Shown: positions 10,183 through 21,582 of the stretch, piece by piece
How positions within the stretch are numbered: position 1 is the first letter of the stretch
How the letters are laid out: each line of letters begins with the position of its first letter
Assembly (NCBI GenBank): GCA_040901675.1
Contig: JBBDYJ010000025.1
Span: forward strand, 223,943-287,942
DNA length: 64,000 bases
Reading direction: 5' to 3'
Origin: Pirellulales bacterium
GTDB taxonomy: Bacteria; Planctomycetota; Planctomycetia; Pirellulales; JAICIG01
The notes under the pieces: generated by a model
The model's input: only the letters and a program-made list of their open reading frames with translations
Database searches by the model: none
Told to the model about the DNA's origin: nothing
Position numbers and translations under genes: made by a program

Positions 10183-10563
10183 TCAGGCGGCCTCGGCCGG
10201 CGGCGGATCAGCCTCGCCGCTTCGTTGCGCGGCAGGGCCGAACCCTGGTCCACCCTGGTGCCGCCGCAGCTCGTCCAGGGCCTGCTCGATAACTTCCATC
10301 CGCCGCTGGCACCGGACCAACTCACGGACCGTCGCGTCGCCCAGCAGGCCGATCTCCTGAACGTCGTGCGAGTACGTCGCCTGGGCCGCTTCGAACCCGC
10401 GGGATAGTTCTTCGGTAGTGGCCGTGAGTTGCCCGAACGGCTCCGCCAGGGCGGCCCTTACGACGCCGGCCAGGTGCCGGTCGAGCGGGCGAAGCGCCGG
10501 CCGAGCGGCCAGGACGGCCAGCTTGCGGCCCAGGGCAGCCAGGTTTTTCAGCCAGGCTTTCAT
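10183..10563 (-). CDS. Hypothetical coiled-coil protein
   Basis: ATGA overlap with the upstream GT stop; helical sequence. Confidence 0.65.
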   Translation of the reverse strand: MKAWLKNLAALGRKLAVLAARPALRPLDRHLAGVVRAALAEPFGQLTATTEELSRGFEAAQATYSHDVQEIGLLGDATVRELVRCQRRMEVIEQALDELRRHQGGPGFGPAAQRSGEADPPPAEAA

Positions 10564-12314
10564 GGCCAGTCCCCTTTTTCCGAGGCGTCCAGCAGCTCGG
10601 CAAATCGCTGGGCGGCGGCGGGCCATCCCAGGTCGGAGGCGATGCAGTGCATGCGCTGGGCAAAGTGCGGATAGCGGTCCCGGCTCTCCCGGTAGTCGGC
10701 CGGATCGAGCAGGATGACTCCGCTGGCACGCTCGCAGATCCACGAGACCCGATCGCCGCCACCCGCCGGCGGATTCGATTCATGGCGCTCGCCGCTCACG
10801 TGGCCAGCGCCGTCGGCTCCTGCTGTCCGGTGAAGGACCACCAGCCCCGGCTGCCGGCCGAGGCTGTCGAGAACGAATGGCTGCCGGCAGGCGTCGTCGA
10901 CCTGGTAGAGAATGCCCTGGTATGCCAGCGCCTGGGAATAACGCGAAAAGAGCCGGTAGTCGTGGCAGGCAAAACATGGCGACGCGATGGCGACGTGCGG
11001 CACATAGCCGGGCTCGTGGAACAGGTCGATCGTGAAACGCCGCGATAGCTCTTCCAGAAGCCGCGCGGCGTAACCAGCGGCCGGCGATTGATCGGGCGGC
11101 AAGGGAGAGAACCAGGCCAGCCGCGGTTTGAGCGGCCGCCGCCTCGAGCCGAACAGGCCCCCCATGGCCGCCTGGCAGCGATCGGCCGTGTCTTCCCAGC
11201 GGAAGCGGCGGGCCGCCAGCGGCGCCTGCCTGCGCAGGCGGGCCGCCAAGGGAGCATCGTCCAGCAGGCGGGCGATTTGCCCGGCGAGGTCGGCCGGATC
11301 GTCCACGTCGGCCAGCAAGCCGGCGTCGCCCACCACCTCGATCTGCGACGAGTTGTTTCCGGCGACGACCGCGGCCCCGCAAAGCATCGCTTCGAGCACC
11401 GGCAGGCCGAATCCTTCGTACCGCGAGGGAAAGACAAAGGCCGCACAACGTCGATAGAGCGTGCGGATCGCCGCGTCGTCCAGGGTGCCGGTGAGCAGCA
11501 AGGCGCCGGCGATGCCGGCTTGCTCGGCCGACTGCACCAGCGCGGCCGTTTCCGGTTCGTTCCCGGAACAGGTGAGGACCAGTTGGTGCGACTGCCGCAG
11601 GCGGCGCGGCAGCCGTTGAAAGGCCGCGACCAGCCCCAGCACGTTCTTGCGATAGTCCAAGGCGGCCAGGCAGTAGACGAACGGCTGGCGGACGCCGAGC
11701 CGCGCGAGCAGGTCCGCGACCTCCGGCGGCGGCGGCTGGGACGGGTCGGGGCAAAAGAAATGGCTGTCGGCGGCGGCCGAGATATTGTGCACTCGGCTCG
11801 GCGGCAGGCCCAGGATCCGGCAGGCGTCGAGTCGGCTGGACTCGGAGATGGCCAGCAGCAGGTCGTATCGGCGGACTGTCTCGAGGGCCTGGTAGTAGGG
11901 CGCCGCCGCGGCCGAATCAGGCAGGTACTGCTGCTCGAACAGGCCGGGAATCACGTCGTAGAGCAGGGCGGCCAGCTTCAAGCCGTTGAGCGGTTTGGGC
12001 GGCGGCAGGTATCCGCGGACGGGTTCGAAGGCCGACGTCACCAGCAGCAGGTCGAGCTGGTCCGGGTTGTCTCTGGCCAGGCGGTCGGCCGAAGCGCGGG
12101 TTCCGCCGCCGGGCGCATCGAGTGCAATCGTCCGCCGCGCCGGTTCGCCCGGCCAGGCGTCGTCGAGCCCCGGCAGCCCCTCGTGATAGTAGAGCACGTA
12201 GTCGTTGCCGCGGTGGCGGGCGAGAAGCTGCGACACCAGGTTGCGCGTATAGCGGCCGATGCCGCGCTGCCGGCTGTCGGACTGGTTGCCGAGCATGTCG
12301 ATGCCGATTCGCAC
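10560..12314 (-). CDS. GT4 glycosyltransferase with partial second GT domain
   Basis: RGIGRY, FVFPSRYEGFGLPVLEAM, then a second start RLAWFSPLPP. Confidence 0.88.
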   Translation of the reverse strand: MRIGIDMLGNQSDSRQRGIGRYTRNLVSQLLARHRGNDYVLYYHEGLPGLDDAWPGEPARRTIALDAPGGGTRASADRLARDNPDQLDLLLVTSAFEPVRGYLPPPKPLNGLKLAALLYDVIPGLFEQQYLPDSAAAAPYYQALETVRRYDLLLAISESSRLDACRILGLPPSRVHNISAAADSHFFCPDPSQPPPPEVADLLARLGVRQPFVYCLAALDYRKNVLGLVAAFQRLPRRLRQSHQLVLTCSGNEPETAALVQSAEQAGIAGALLLTGTLDDAAIRTLYRRCAAFVFPSRYEGFGLPVLEAMLCGAAVVAGNNSSQIEVVGDAGLLADVDDPADLAGQIARLLDDAPLAARLRRQAPLAARRFRWEDTADRCQAAMGGLFGSRRRPLKPRLAWFSPLPPDQSPAAGYAARLLEELSRRFTIDLFHEPGYVPHVAIASPCFACHDYRLFSRYSQALAYQGILYQVDDACRQPFVLDSLGRQPGLVVLHRTAGADGAGHVSGERHESNPPAGGGDRVSWICERASGVILLDPADYRESRDRYPHFAQRMHCIASDLGWPAAAQRFAELLDASEKGDWP

Positions 12315-12330
12315 GCCGTGCTCCGGTGCT

Positions 12331-13131
12331 TCAGAGATGGAAGATCAGCCGCCGCTGCAGCTTGACCAGGGTGAACAGGGCCGCGGCGGCGGCCGATAGC
12401 ACGGTGGCCAGCGCGACTGCCCAAGTGCCCGCTTGGGGGAAATGCCCGTCCAGGATGGGCTGCCGGATCAAACCCAAGATCGCGGCGACCGGGTTATATT
12501 CGACCATCCAGGCCATGCCGCGGTCGGCCAGCAGTGCCGGTGGATACATGACCGGAGTCGCATAGAACAGAAGCTGCAGGCCGATTTCCATCAAGTGCTT
12601 CATGTCGGGAAAGAACACGTTCGCGAAGCCGGCCAGCACGGCAAGAGACCAGCCCAGGACCATCAACAGCATCAGCGTGGGGACCAGGCTGACCAGCGCG
12701 TCGAGGTTGCTGAACCCTCGCATGGCCCAGGTGAGCAACAGAACGACGATCAAGGCCAGGCCGAAGTGTACCGCCCCGCCCAGCACCGTCCGCAACGGGT
12801 AGATGGCCACGGGGGCCGGGTACTGCCGGATATACGTCTCGCCCATGAAAAAGCACTCGCAGCCGTGCGTGACCGACGTGGTCAGAAAACCCCAGAAGGT
12901 CAACCCCGACAGCAGGAACGGCCCGTACTCCCGGATGTCGAGATTGAAGAGCTTGTGAAAGACCGTACACAGCACGATGGTCATGGCGATGGGGTGCAAC
13001 AGCGACCAGCCGATGCCCAGCACCGAGCGGCGATACCGCGTGCGCAGATCCATCTTGACCAGCGACATCCAGAAATAGCGGCACCGCCAGATGGCCGCCG
13101 CGTAGGCCTGCGTGCCTTCAATTGCCTTCAC
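12331..13131 (-). CDS. wzm: Polysaccharide ABC exporter permease Wzm
   Basis: DLRTRYRRSVLGIGWSLLHP, FYATPVMYP, YNP; GTG start overlaps the upstream stop (GTGA). Confidence 0.9.
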   Translation of the reverse strand: MKAIEGTQAYAAAIWRCRYFWMSLVKMDLRTRYRRSVLGIGWSLLHPIAMTIVLCTVFHKLFNLDIREYGPFLLSGLTFWGFLTTSVTHGCECFFMGETYIRQYPAPVAIYPLRTVLGGAVHFGLALIVVLLLTWAMRGFSNLDALVSLVPTLMLLMVLGWSLAVLAGFANVFFPDMKHLMEIGLQLLFYATPVMYPPALLADRGMAWMVEYNPVAAILGLIRQPILDGHFPQAGTWAVALATVLSAAAAALFTLVKLQRRLIFHL

Positions 13132-14600
13132 GAGACGAGTCTCCCGGTTGCATGGGGTTGCCAAGACGGGCCGCCGGCGGGAACCTGCCGGATCACTCGA
13201 AGGGCCTCGGCCAGCCGCGGCCAGACGCTATGGGCGCTGACCAGGCCCTCCATCCGCTGCCGCGCGCACTCGGCCATGGCCGTGTACCGCGGGCGATCGC
13301 CTCTGGCGACTTGATAGCTTTGGCGAATTTGCTCCGCGAGTGCCCGTGGATCGATCCGCTGCCAGCTTGTGGTGATGCGCCGCTCGGCATCCCACGGCCA
13401 ATGTGTCGGCTCCGCGCGCGAAGGGACGACGAAAGCCAGCTCATCATCAACATATTCGGCCAGGGCGGTGTGCGAGGGCGCAATGCCGGGCCGGCCTGCC
13501 GCCAGGGCATCCTGCAATGGAAGGCAAGCGCCTTCCGCCTTGGAGGCATTCAGGTAGTACGTGCTGCCGCGGACCAGCTCGACCATCTGCTGGTCGTCGA
13601 GGAAACTGGAGACGACGGCCAGCCGGCAGCGATGCCGCAGGCGCAGGCTTTGATAATGGCTGAAGAACGCCTCCAGGCCGGCGCGCGTCATCGTCTTGCT
13701 CACGGCCAGCTTGACCACCAGCATCGCATCGTCGTTGTCGGCCAGCGCGGTCAGGAAGGCCTGCGTCAGAAGCCCCCAGTTCTTGCGCAGGTCGAACGGA
13801 TTGAGGATCGTGGAATACACCACGCCTTCCAACCGCAAGGGGCCGGTCGCCTGGAAGGGCAGGCGTGTTTCGACGGCGATCGGCTGCGGTGGGCGCCCCA
13901 GCACCGCCCGGCTGGCTCCAGCCAGGCAGCGGTCGAGACGGCGGGGCAGATAAGGCCGCAAGCGGTTCTTGTACGTCCAGCGGGCACGCTCGCCAAGACC
14001 CCTGGGCGGCGGCGGCGCGGCGGCCGGGGGCAGTTCGCGCAAATGGTAGGCCGGGCAGTCGATGACCACCTGCTGGCCCGGCTGCCAATCGGGCGTATCG
14101 AAATACTGTTGGCGGGCCGGCACCGTCACGACGCGGATGGGCGTTGTCACGCCGGCGCGGACGAAGGCGTCGCGGGTGAAGCGGCAGGCCGTCAGAATCA
14201 GCGACAGGCCCCGCGAAACGCTCACCCAGTTGTTGCGAGGGTTGCCGGCCACGTCGTAGTCGGGGATGTCGGGAAACTCCCAAAAAGGAAAGGCGATGTT
14301 GATCGCGCCGGGCGCCACGTGCATGGTTTGCAGCGGCAGAAAGCTCAGGTGAGCGGCCTCGATGTTCTCGCGGCGCGCCGCCGCCAAGGCCGCTTCGAGC
14401 CGCGACTCCGGCTGGGCGATCTCGGTCAACGAGCCCCACCGCTCCAAGAGCGGGGCAAAGGCGCGGCAGACGAAAAAGTACGAATAGCAATCGTCGCCGC
14501 AGCGGTCACGCATGTCGCCGGCGCTGAACGACGAGGTGGTGAACAGCATCCGCTTCGGTCCGGAAGGTTCGGGTCGGTTCATACAAGTTCCGGGATCCAA
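13128..14600 (-). CDS. GT-B glycosyltransferase (GT4-like)
   Basis: FWEFPDIP, DLRKNW, YLNASKAEGACLPLQDALAAGRP. Confidence 0.75.
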   Translation of the reverse strand: MDPGTCMNRPEPSGPKRMLFTTSSFSAGDMRDRCGDDCYSYFFVCRAFAPLLERWGSLTEIAQPESRLEAALAAARRENIEAAHLSFLPLQTMHVAPGAINIAFPFWEFPDIPDYDVAGNPRNNWVSVSRGLSLILTACRFTRDAFVRAGVTTPIRVVTVPARQQYFDTPDWQPGQQVVIDCPAYHLRELPPAAAPPPPRGLGERARWTYKNRLRPYLPRRLDRCLAGASRAVLGRPPQPIAVETRLPFQATGPLRLEGVVYSTILNPFDLRKNWGLLTQAFLTALADNDDAMLVVKLAVSKTMTRAGLEAFFSHYQSLRLRHRCRLAVVSSFLDDQQMVELVRGSTYYLNASKAEGACLPLQDALAAGRPGIAPSHTALAEYVDDELAFVVPSRAEPTHWPWDAERRITTSWQRIDPRALAEQIRQSYQVARGDRPRYTAMAECARQRMEGLVSAHSVWPRLAEALRVIRQVPAGGPSWQPHATGRLVS

Positions 14601-14640
14601 AGGATTGTCTCGCTCGATTCGGCCGCCGCACTCTTGCCCA

Positions 14641-15057
14641 TCAGCCGGTGCGCACCATCTCCGCCTCGTCGGGCCCGCCGGTCAGCGGGTCGGCCTCGGG
14701 GCGCACGCAACGCAGCGCCGGCTGGCCGCCGGCCTCGTGATCCGTGCTGCCGGCCGAGTTGAACTCCAGCCCGCCGGGCACTCCCTCGTCGGCGGGTCGG
14801 CTGAGCAGGAGAGCCGTCAATTGGTCTTCAATGACCGCCAGCCGCCGGGCCAGCGCCGATCGGTCCCAGTAGATCCCCTCCAGCTTGTCCTGCCGCTCGT
14901 TGAGCGCGCGCACCTGCAGGGCAAGCTGCTCGACCGGCTGGATGTCCGATGCGAACCGCTGGCTGATGCGGCGGATCAGCCACCCCAGCAGGGGATAAAT
15001 CAGTGCCTTGACGGGCCTCGTGCACAACTGGGCCAGGGCTCGGATCACGGCGGACAT
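14641..15057 (-). CDS. Hypothetical coiled-coil protein
   Basis: Co-oriented within the cluster; coiled coil ending ALARRLAVIEDQL. Confidence 0.6.
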   Translation of the reverse strand: MSAVIRALAQLCTRPVKALIYPLLGWLIRRISQRFASDIQPVEQLALQVRALNERQDKLEGIYWDRSALARRLAVIEDQLTALLLSRPADEGVPGGLEFNSAGSTDHEAGGQPALRCVRPEADPLTGGPDEAEMVRTG

Positions 15058-15144
15058 GATGGGTTCAGCCAGGGGTCTTCATTCTTGTTGTTCTTACGGC
15101 AACTCTCGGTTGTCGCGTGGCAGTCCTCGCCAGGCCGCAGGCGG

Positions 15145-16434
15145 TCAGGCGGCCTTGAGCAAGCGGTCGTCCTCTTGCACGATGGCTTGGGTCAACTTTT
15201 CCGCCAGCAGGGCCAGGCGATAGACGTTGCCGGCCGGCGCGGCGGCAACGCGAGGCTGCCGGGCGGCCTCGGCCAGCACTTCTTCGATCCGCTCGGCCAG
15301 CTTATCGAGATGAAAATCGCGCCAGATCACGGCGGCGGCGCGGCGGCCGATGGCGGCCAGGTTGATACGGCCCTCAAGCACCTGCTGGAATGCGTCGGCC
15401 AAGGCGTTGCTGGTTCGCGGCACTTTGAGGCAGTGTACGCCGCCGACAAACCATTCGCCGATGCCGCAGTTCTCGGACATCAGCATCACGCACTCGTAGG
15501 CCGCGGCTTCCAAGGGAGCGCACCCGAACGGCTCGCGCCGCCAGGTGGGAAAGGCGAACAGGTCGTACTCGTGGCGGCGATAGCGGGCCACCAGTTCCGC
15601 CTGGGGGCAAAGGCCTTTAAACGTGACCAGATCGCCGACCCCCTCGGCTTCGGCCAGCCGGGGCAGCACCGAGCTGTCGAGCCTTCCGAACAGATCAATC
15701 GAAAACGCCTCGAAGCCGCGCTTGCGCAGCAAGGCGGCCGCCTCGATCAACAGGTCGATTCCCTTGTGGGACCCCATCTGGCCGGCCGAGACGATCCGCA
15801 AGGGCCGCCCCGGCGCGAAGTAGTCGGCCCGCGGCGGTGGGCGGCGTCCCTCGATCCAATTGGGCGCGATTTCGATGTGACCGTTGAGCCGCAGTCCCGC
15901 CTCCTCGATCTCCTCGACCACGCGCCGGCTGACCGGCATGTAAACCCCTTGCACGTGGCGATTGAAGGCTTCGGCCAGCGCGGCCGGCACCCCCTCGCCC
16001 CGGCTGCACAACAGGCGTGGCACGCAGTCGCCCAGGTACCAGACCCAGGGAAAAGAAAGCTGCTGGAGGCAGCCGATCAGGCCCAGCCCGCCCAGGCCGA
16101 CCAGGTTCCACAGATAGACGACGTCGGGGCGGAAAGTCTCGATGGCCGAGGTGAGCAGGTACACGTTGTGCGCGTTGACGAAGTTGGCCTCGGCTTCCCA
16201 CAGGCGGCGCGTCACTAGCCGGCTGTTGGCCTGGGCATAGGCATCGTAGCAGTTGGCCAGCTTGAAGACCCGGGCCACGTGAGGTCGTGCCGGACACGGG
16301 ACGCGCGGCGCAGAGGTCAGGACATGAACGTCGTGCCCGCGTGCCAACAGGGCATCGACCACCTGGGCGCAGCACAGCTCGTAGCCGCCAATGAAATCCG
16401 GGGGATAGAGATTGCTGACGACCAGGATCCTCAC
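15145..16434 (-). CDS. GT4 glycosyltransferase
   Basis: MRILVVSNLYPP..GGYE, KGIDLLIEA, EPFGCAPLEAAA. Confidence 0.88.
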   Translation of the reverse strand: MRILVVSNLYPPDFIGGYELCCAQVVDALLARGHDVHVLTSAPRVPCPARPHVARVFKLANCYDAYAQANSRLVTRRLWEAEANFVNAHNVYLLTSAIETFRPDVVYLWNLVGLGGLGLIGCLQQLSFPWVWYLGDCVPRLLCSRGEGVPAALAEAFNRHVQGVYMPVSRRVVEEIEEAGLRLNGHIEIAPNWIEGRRPPPRADYFAPGRPLRIVSAGQMGSHKGIDLLIEAAALLRKRGFEAFSIDLFGRLDSSVLPRLAEAEGVGDLVTFKGLCPQAELVARYRRHEYDLFAFPTWRREPFGCAPLEAAAYECVMLMSENCGIGEWFVGGVHCLKVPRTSNALADAFQQVLEGRINLAAIGRRAAAVIWRDFHLDKLAERIEEVLAEAARQPRVAAAPAGNVYRLALLAEKLTQAIVQEDDRLLKAA

Positions 16435-17036
16435 GGGGCGCTCTCCCGGGCCTCGAGAAGACGGCGATACACCGACACCAGCCCGGCGGCCATGCTGCCC
16501 AAGTCACTCTGCGGGTCGGCGCAAGCGGGGAGCACTTCCACCGGGGCGGCCGTGTGCAATCCGGCGGCCAGGGCGGCCGAGTGGCAGATCACGACGCCGG
16601 CCAGGTCCAACAGTCCAAGCTGCCCCGCCAGCGAGTGCGAGGCGGCGTCGTACTCGCTGATGCAGACGGCCTTGCGCTCGTGGCAGGCGATCAAGAGGCC
16701 GGCCTCGCAGGTGCGGTTCCGGCAGCCATGGATGTGTACCAGGTCGGCTTCGGCCAGTGCGGCGGGCAAATCCCAGGAAACGGCGCGCGCGGGATCCGTG
16801 ACCTGGCCGGCCACCGGCAAAACGCGGTGGGCAACGCCGGGAAAGATCTCCCGCCGGCCGGGGTTCAGGCCGCAGGAGACCAGCTCGATGCTGTAATCGC
16901 CGCCCGATGCCGTGGTGACGCCCCGGGCCAGTTCGGCCAGCCAGTCCCCGCCCAGGCGCCGCGCGGGCGTCTCGTCGATCGAGGCCAGGAAGACGATCCT
17001 GGCAACCGACGCGCGGGTTCGAGCAAGGCTGTGCAT
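16431..17036 (-). CDS. Short glycosyltransferase-like protein (GT-B N-terminal domain only)
   Basis: ADLVHIH motif and terminal AAGLVSVYRRLL helix; stop overlaps the next GTG start. Confidence 0.55.
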   Translation of the reverse strand: MHSLARTRASVARIVFLASIDETPARRLGGDWLAELARGVTTASGGDYSIELVSCGLNPGRREIFPGVAHRVLPVAGQVTDPARAVSWDLPAALAEADLVHIHGCRNRTCEAGLLIACHERKAVCISEYDAASHSLAGQLGLLDLAGVVICHSAALAAGLHTAAPVEVLPACADPQSDLGSMAAGLVSVYRRLLEARESAP

Positions 17037-17127
17037 GGCGGAGAGCGGTTCTAAAGATCGCTGGAATCAAGCTGCACGCTGGGCGGACCAGCAGGGCGGC
17101 GCCATCGGACGCACGGACCGCCCCAAA

Positions 17128-18204
<1,077 letters not shown>

Positions 18205-18427
18205 TTATTCGGCCAGCGGCTGCCTCGACCTTGACGATTAGTGAAACATTTCCGGCCGCCGACTTGCCGCGCCATCCCAGCTTGCCTGCCCCGCGATGTC
18301 AACCCGGGCAAAATGCGAAAGGCCGCGGCGAAGCGGCAAAAACGTCTCATCGCGCAAAGTCTGCTCTGCCGATAAACCTTGCCGGACCAATACGCGCCAT
18401 GTCTTAGAGCGATTTGGGCGGTGAGCG

Positions 18428-19597
18428 ATGCGAGTCCTGGTGGACGGCTGGCCGATGCTGGGGCGGCGGACCGGAGTGGGCCAGTACGGCTTGCGGCTGG
18501 TCGGGGCGCTGGCGGACCTGGAAGCTCGCTCGCAGGTCGAGGCCGTGGGAGTCTTCGACGGCCGCCGGGTGGTGCCGGCCGGCGACTTTTTGAAATCCAT
18601 TGCCGCGCACTCCGCCGGGGGCGGCCGCGAAGGGCTGAAACGGATCGTGCGCCGCCTCTGGCCGCGATGCCGCGACTGGGCCGACGAACGGCGGCGGCGG
18701 CTGCTGCGCCGGGCGAGCGGCATCAGCCAGTGGACCGTGTTCCACGAACCGAACTTCGTGTCCCCGCAGTTCGAGCTGCCGCTGGTAACCACGGTGCACG
18801 ACATGGGGTATCTGAGATACCCGGAGTTTTTGCCCAAGGACCGCCTGGCCTGGCTGCGGCGGCGGATGGCCCAAACCCTCTCGCAGTCGCGATCGATTAT
18901 CACCGACAGCGAGTTCACCCGCAGCGAATTGCTCCAGTTATGCCCGCAGGTCGACCCCGGCCGCGTATGGGTGACGCACCTGGGAGTGGACATCGAGTAT
19001 TTCAGCGATCCGCTCCACCTGGCGCGCCGGGCCGAGCTGCGAAGTCGATTCGGTCTGCCGCGGCGGTTCGCCCTCTACCTCGGAACACTCGAGCCGCGCA
19101 AGAACCTGCAAGGGCTGGTCGAGGCTTACGGCCTGCTGCCCCCGGCCCTGCAGCGCGAGTACCCGCTGGTGCTCGCCGGCATGCCCGGTTGGAATCAGGG
19201 CTATTTCCGCGCGTCGCTGGAAATGCTGCGGCGGCGGGGCGTGCTGTTCGAGCTGGGCTACGTCGACAGCGCCGACGTGCCGGCGCTGATGAAAGCGGCC
19301 AGCGTGTTCTGTTTCCCCAGCCTGTACGAGGGATTCGGGCTGCCCCCCCTCGAAGCGGCCGCCTGCGGCACCGCCGTGCTGTCGAGCAACCGGGCCTCGC
19401 TGCCCGAGGTGATGGGCGACGCCGCGCTGTACGTCGATCCCGCTTCGGCGGCCGACATTGCCGCCGGACTCGCCCGGCTGTTCGAGGACGAACCACTCCG
19501 CCTCCGCCTGGCGGCGGCCGGGCAGGCGCGGGCGGCGTTGTTCTCTTGGGAGACTTGCGCCCAACAGACGTTGGCCGCCTACCGCGCGGCGGCCTGA
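18428..19597 (+). CDS. GT4 glycosyltransferase (mannosyl/rhamnosyltransferase-like)
   Basis: [33 protein letters not shown]. Confidence 0.9.
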   Translation: MRVLVDGWPMLGRRTGVGQYGLRLVGALADLEARSQVEAVGVFDGRRVVPAGDFLKSIAAHSAGGGREGLKRIVRRLWPRCRDWADERRRRLLRRASGISQWTVFHEPNFVSPQFELPLVTTVHDMGYLRYPEFLPKDRLAWLRRRMAQTLSQSRSIITDSEFTRSELLQLCPQVDPGRVWVTHLGVDIEYFSDPLHLARRAELRSRFGLPRRFALYLGTLEPRKNLQGLVEAYGLLPPALQREYPLVLAGMPGWNQGYFRASLEMLRRRGVLFELGYVDSADVPALMKAASVFCFPSLYEGFGLPPLEAAACGTAVLSSNRASLPEVMGDAALYVDPASAADIAAGLARLFEDEPLRLRLAAAGQARAALFSWETCAQQTLAAYRAAA

Positions 19598-19625
19598 CAC
19601 CGTTTCAAAAAGCTGACGTGCAAGA

Positions 19626-21581
19626 ATGCCTATCGATCCGCGGGCCCGTTCGAGCGTTCGCTGCCGAGTCGAGTTGGCGGTGGCCGTGCTGCTGTGCCTG
19701 CTGCTGCAACTGGCGGCCGCCCGCTCGGCGGTGATCGCCAAGGACGGCATCGGGTTCATCCGCATCGCTCGACGGTTGGCGGTCGACCCCGTCGGCGCCA
19801 TGACACTCGAAGATCAGCATCCCGGTTACCCCGCCCTGGTGCTCGCCGGCCGGCAGCTACAGCATTGGCTGGGCAACCACGACGACTTTGCCGCCTGGAT
19901 CAGCGCAGCTCGGCTGGCCAGTGGCCTGTGCGGCGCCGCCAGTATCGTGCTGGTGTGGCTGCTGGCACGCCGGCTCTACAACGAACGCGTGGCCGGCGTG
20001 GCGGCCTTGCTCGCGGCACTCTGGCCTCTCTTGCGGCAGAACGGGGCCGACGTCCTCAGCGACACGCCGCACCTGATGTTTTACCTGGCGGCCGCTTGGG
20101 CAGCCTCGGAAGGACTGGTCAGCGGCCGGACTCGTTGGTTCGCGGCCGCCGGCATCGCCAGCGGGCTGGCCTACTGGATCCGTCCCGAGGGGCTGGTCGT
20201 CGCCCTGGTGTCGGCCGCCGTGCTGGTCGGGCTGCACGTCTTCCGATGCAAGGACGGACGACAAGAGCAACGACCGTCTCCCCCAGGCGTCTCTCCTCTT
20301 CCTCCTTTCACCGGGTGCCTGGGGCAAAGCGATAAGCGTGCCCCAGTCTTCGTCCGTCCTGGTTCCCATACTGCCTTCTGCCTTCTGCCTTCTGCCTTGT
20401 GCCTTCATCGCGGCCTGTTGCACCTGGCCGCTTTGTGCCTGGCAACGTTGGCCGTGGCGGTGCCCTACATGGCGATCGCGGGAAAGCTGACCAGCAAGAA
20501 GAACCCATTTCGCCCGGACGCGCCGCCGGCGGCCACGGCAGCCGGCCAGCCGTCCGGCGCCCTGGTCGTCACGCCAGTGCCCATCTCGGTTGCCGGCGGA
20601 AAAAAAGAATCCCGAGCCGTTGTTCCGGGCCCCCACTTCCTCGGGTCCCAACCATTTTCGGGTTTGGTGACCGAGCCGGCGCCGGGGCAGACGATGCCGG
20701 GCGAGATTCCCAGGCCCGATTCATGGTGGCAAGTGCCGTTGGCTGCCCTGGCCGAATTGCTCAAGGAGCTGGCCCAGGGGTTTCGCTATCTGCTGCTGGC
20801 ACTACCGGCGGTGGGTCATTGGGCGCCGGGACGCGTGCGGCGCCAGACGCTGCCGGCCGTGCTGGTCTGGGCCCTGCTCGCCTTTCACTCGCTCCTCTTG
20901 GGCGGTCTATACTGCCTGGCCGGCTACATCAGCCATCGGCACGTGATTCCGCTGGTGGCCCTGATGATTCCCACGGCAGCGGCGGGAGTGGTTTACCTCG
21001 AAGACAAGCTGTCGATGCTGGCCGCCAGTGCGCGCTGGCGGCCGGCGGTCTCCTGGGGGATGGCGGCCGGCATCGTGGCAGGGCTGGCGCCGATTGCCGC
21101 CCGCCCGCTGCACGCGATCTACCACCCACTGATCGAGGCCGCCCTTTGGGTCAAGGCCGACGCCGCCCCCGGCGACAGCGTGCTGACCACCTCGGACTAC
21201 GCTCGGTTCTACGGCGGCATGGATGGCTTGCTGGTGGCGGTCGAAACGCCCAGTTTCGAGACCGGCCTGGTGCAGGCGCCCCGCGGCGGGGCCTGGCCGT
21301 ACCTGGTGCTCGAGGTGGACCAGCGGACGTTCGATGCAGGGCGGATGACCTCGGGCCGCTCGCCCTACGAGCAGGTGGGATCCTTTGGAGGAACGGCCCG
21401 CAAGCCGTGGGCCAAGGTGCTCGTGTTTCGCGCGCGGGGGCATGGCCAGGTTCTGGCCGGCGGGCAAAATGGCCAGGTTCTGGCCGGCGGGCAAAAAGGC
21501 CGGCATCGGCCCGGCCCGGGCGGTCAAGAGCGGTCGCGGCCTCACGAACGGTTGCAGTCCGGCCGGACTCTGATACGATGA
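19626..21581 (+). CDS. ArnT/PMT-like GT-C membrane glycosyltransferase carrying an in-frame repeat insertion
   Basis: KDG..F, QHPGYP, LSD, YWIRPEG motifs and many TM helices; residues encoded by ~20245-20408 are repeat-derived. Confidence 0.75.
   Translation: MPIDPRARSSVRCRVELAVAVLLCLLLQLAAARSAVIAKDGIGFIRIARRLAVDPVGAMTLEDQHPGYPALVLAGRQLQHWLGNHDDFAAWISAARLASGLCGAASIVLVWLLARRLYNERVAGVAALLAALWPLLRQNGADVLSDTPHLMFYLAAAWAASEGLVSGRTRWFAAAGIASGLAYWIRPEGLVVALVSAAVLVGLHVFRCKDGRQEQRPSPPGVSPLPPFTGCLGQSDKRAPVFVRPGSHTAFCLLPSALCLHRGLLHLAALCLATLAVAVPYMAIAGKLTSKKNPFRPDAPPAATAAGQPSGALVVTPVPISVAGGKKESRAVVPGPHFLGSQPFSGLVTEPAPGQTMPGEIPRPDSWWQVPLAALAELLKELAQGFRYLLLALPAVGHWAPGRVRRQTLPAVLVWALLAFHSLLLGGLYCLAGYISHRHVIPLVALMIPTAAAGVVYLEDKLSMLAASARWRPAVSWGMAAGIVAGLAPIAARPLHAIYHPLIEAALWVKADAAPGDSVLTTSDYARFYGGMDGLLVAVETPSFETGLVQAPRGGAWPYLVLEVDQRTFDAGRMTSGRSPYEQVGSFGGTARKPWAKVLVFRARGHGQVLAGGQNGQVLAGGQKGRHRPGPGGQERSRPHERLQSGRTLIR
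20245..20408 (+). repeat. Composite dispersed repeat inside a CDS (family C element + REP family A + heptamer run)
   Basis: 20248-20309 resembles the reverse complement of 31775-31831; REP A at 20313-20346; (ctgcctt)n at 20371-20406. Confidence 0.8.
21442..21495 (+). repeat. 27-bp tandem duplication in the CDS 3' end
   Basis: atggccaggttctggccggcgggcaaa twice (GQVLAGGQ x2). Confidence 0.85.
21552..21579 (+). promoter_or_regulatory. Sigma70-type promoter upstream of the structured RNA and rny
   Basis: TTGCAG-16 bp-TACGAT with extended -10 TG. Confidence 0.5.
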
Positions 21582-21582
21582 A

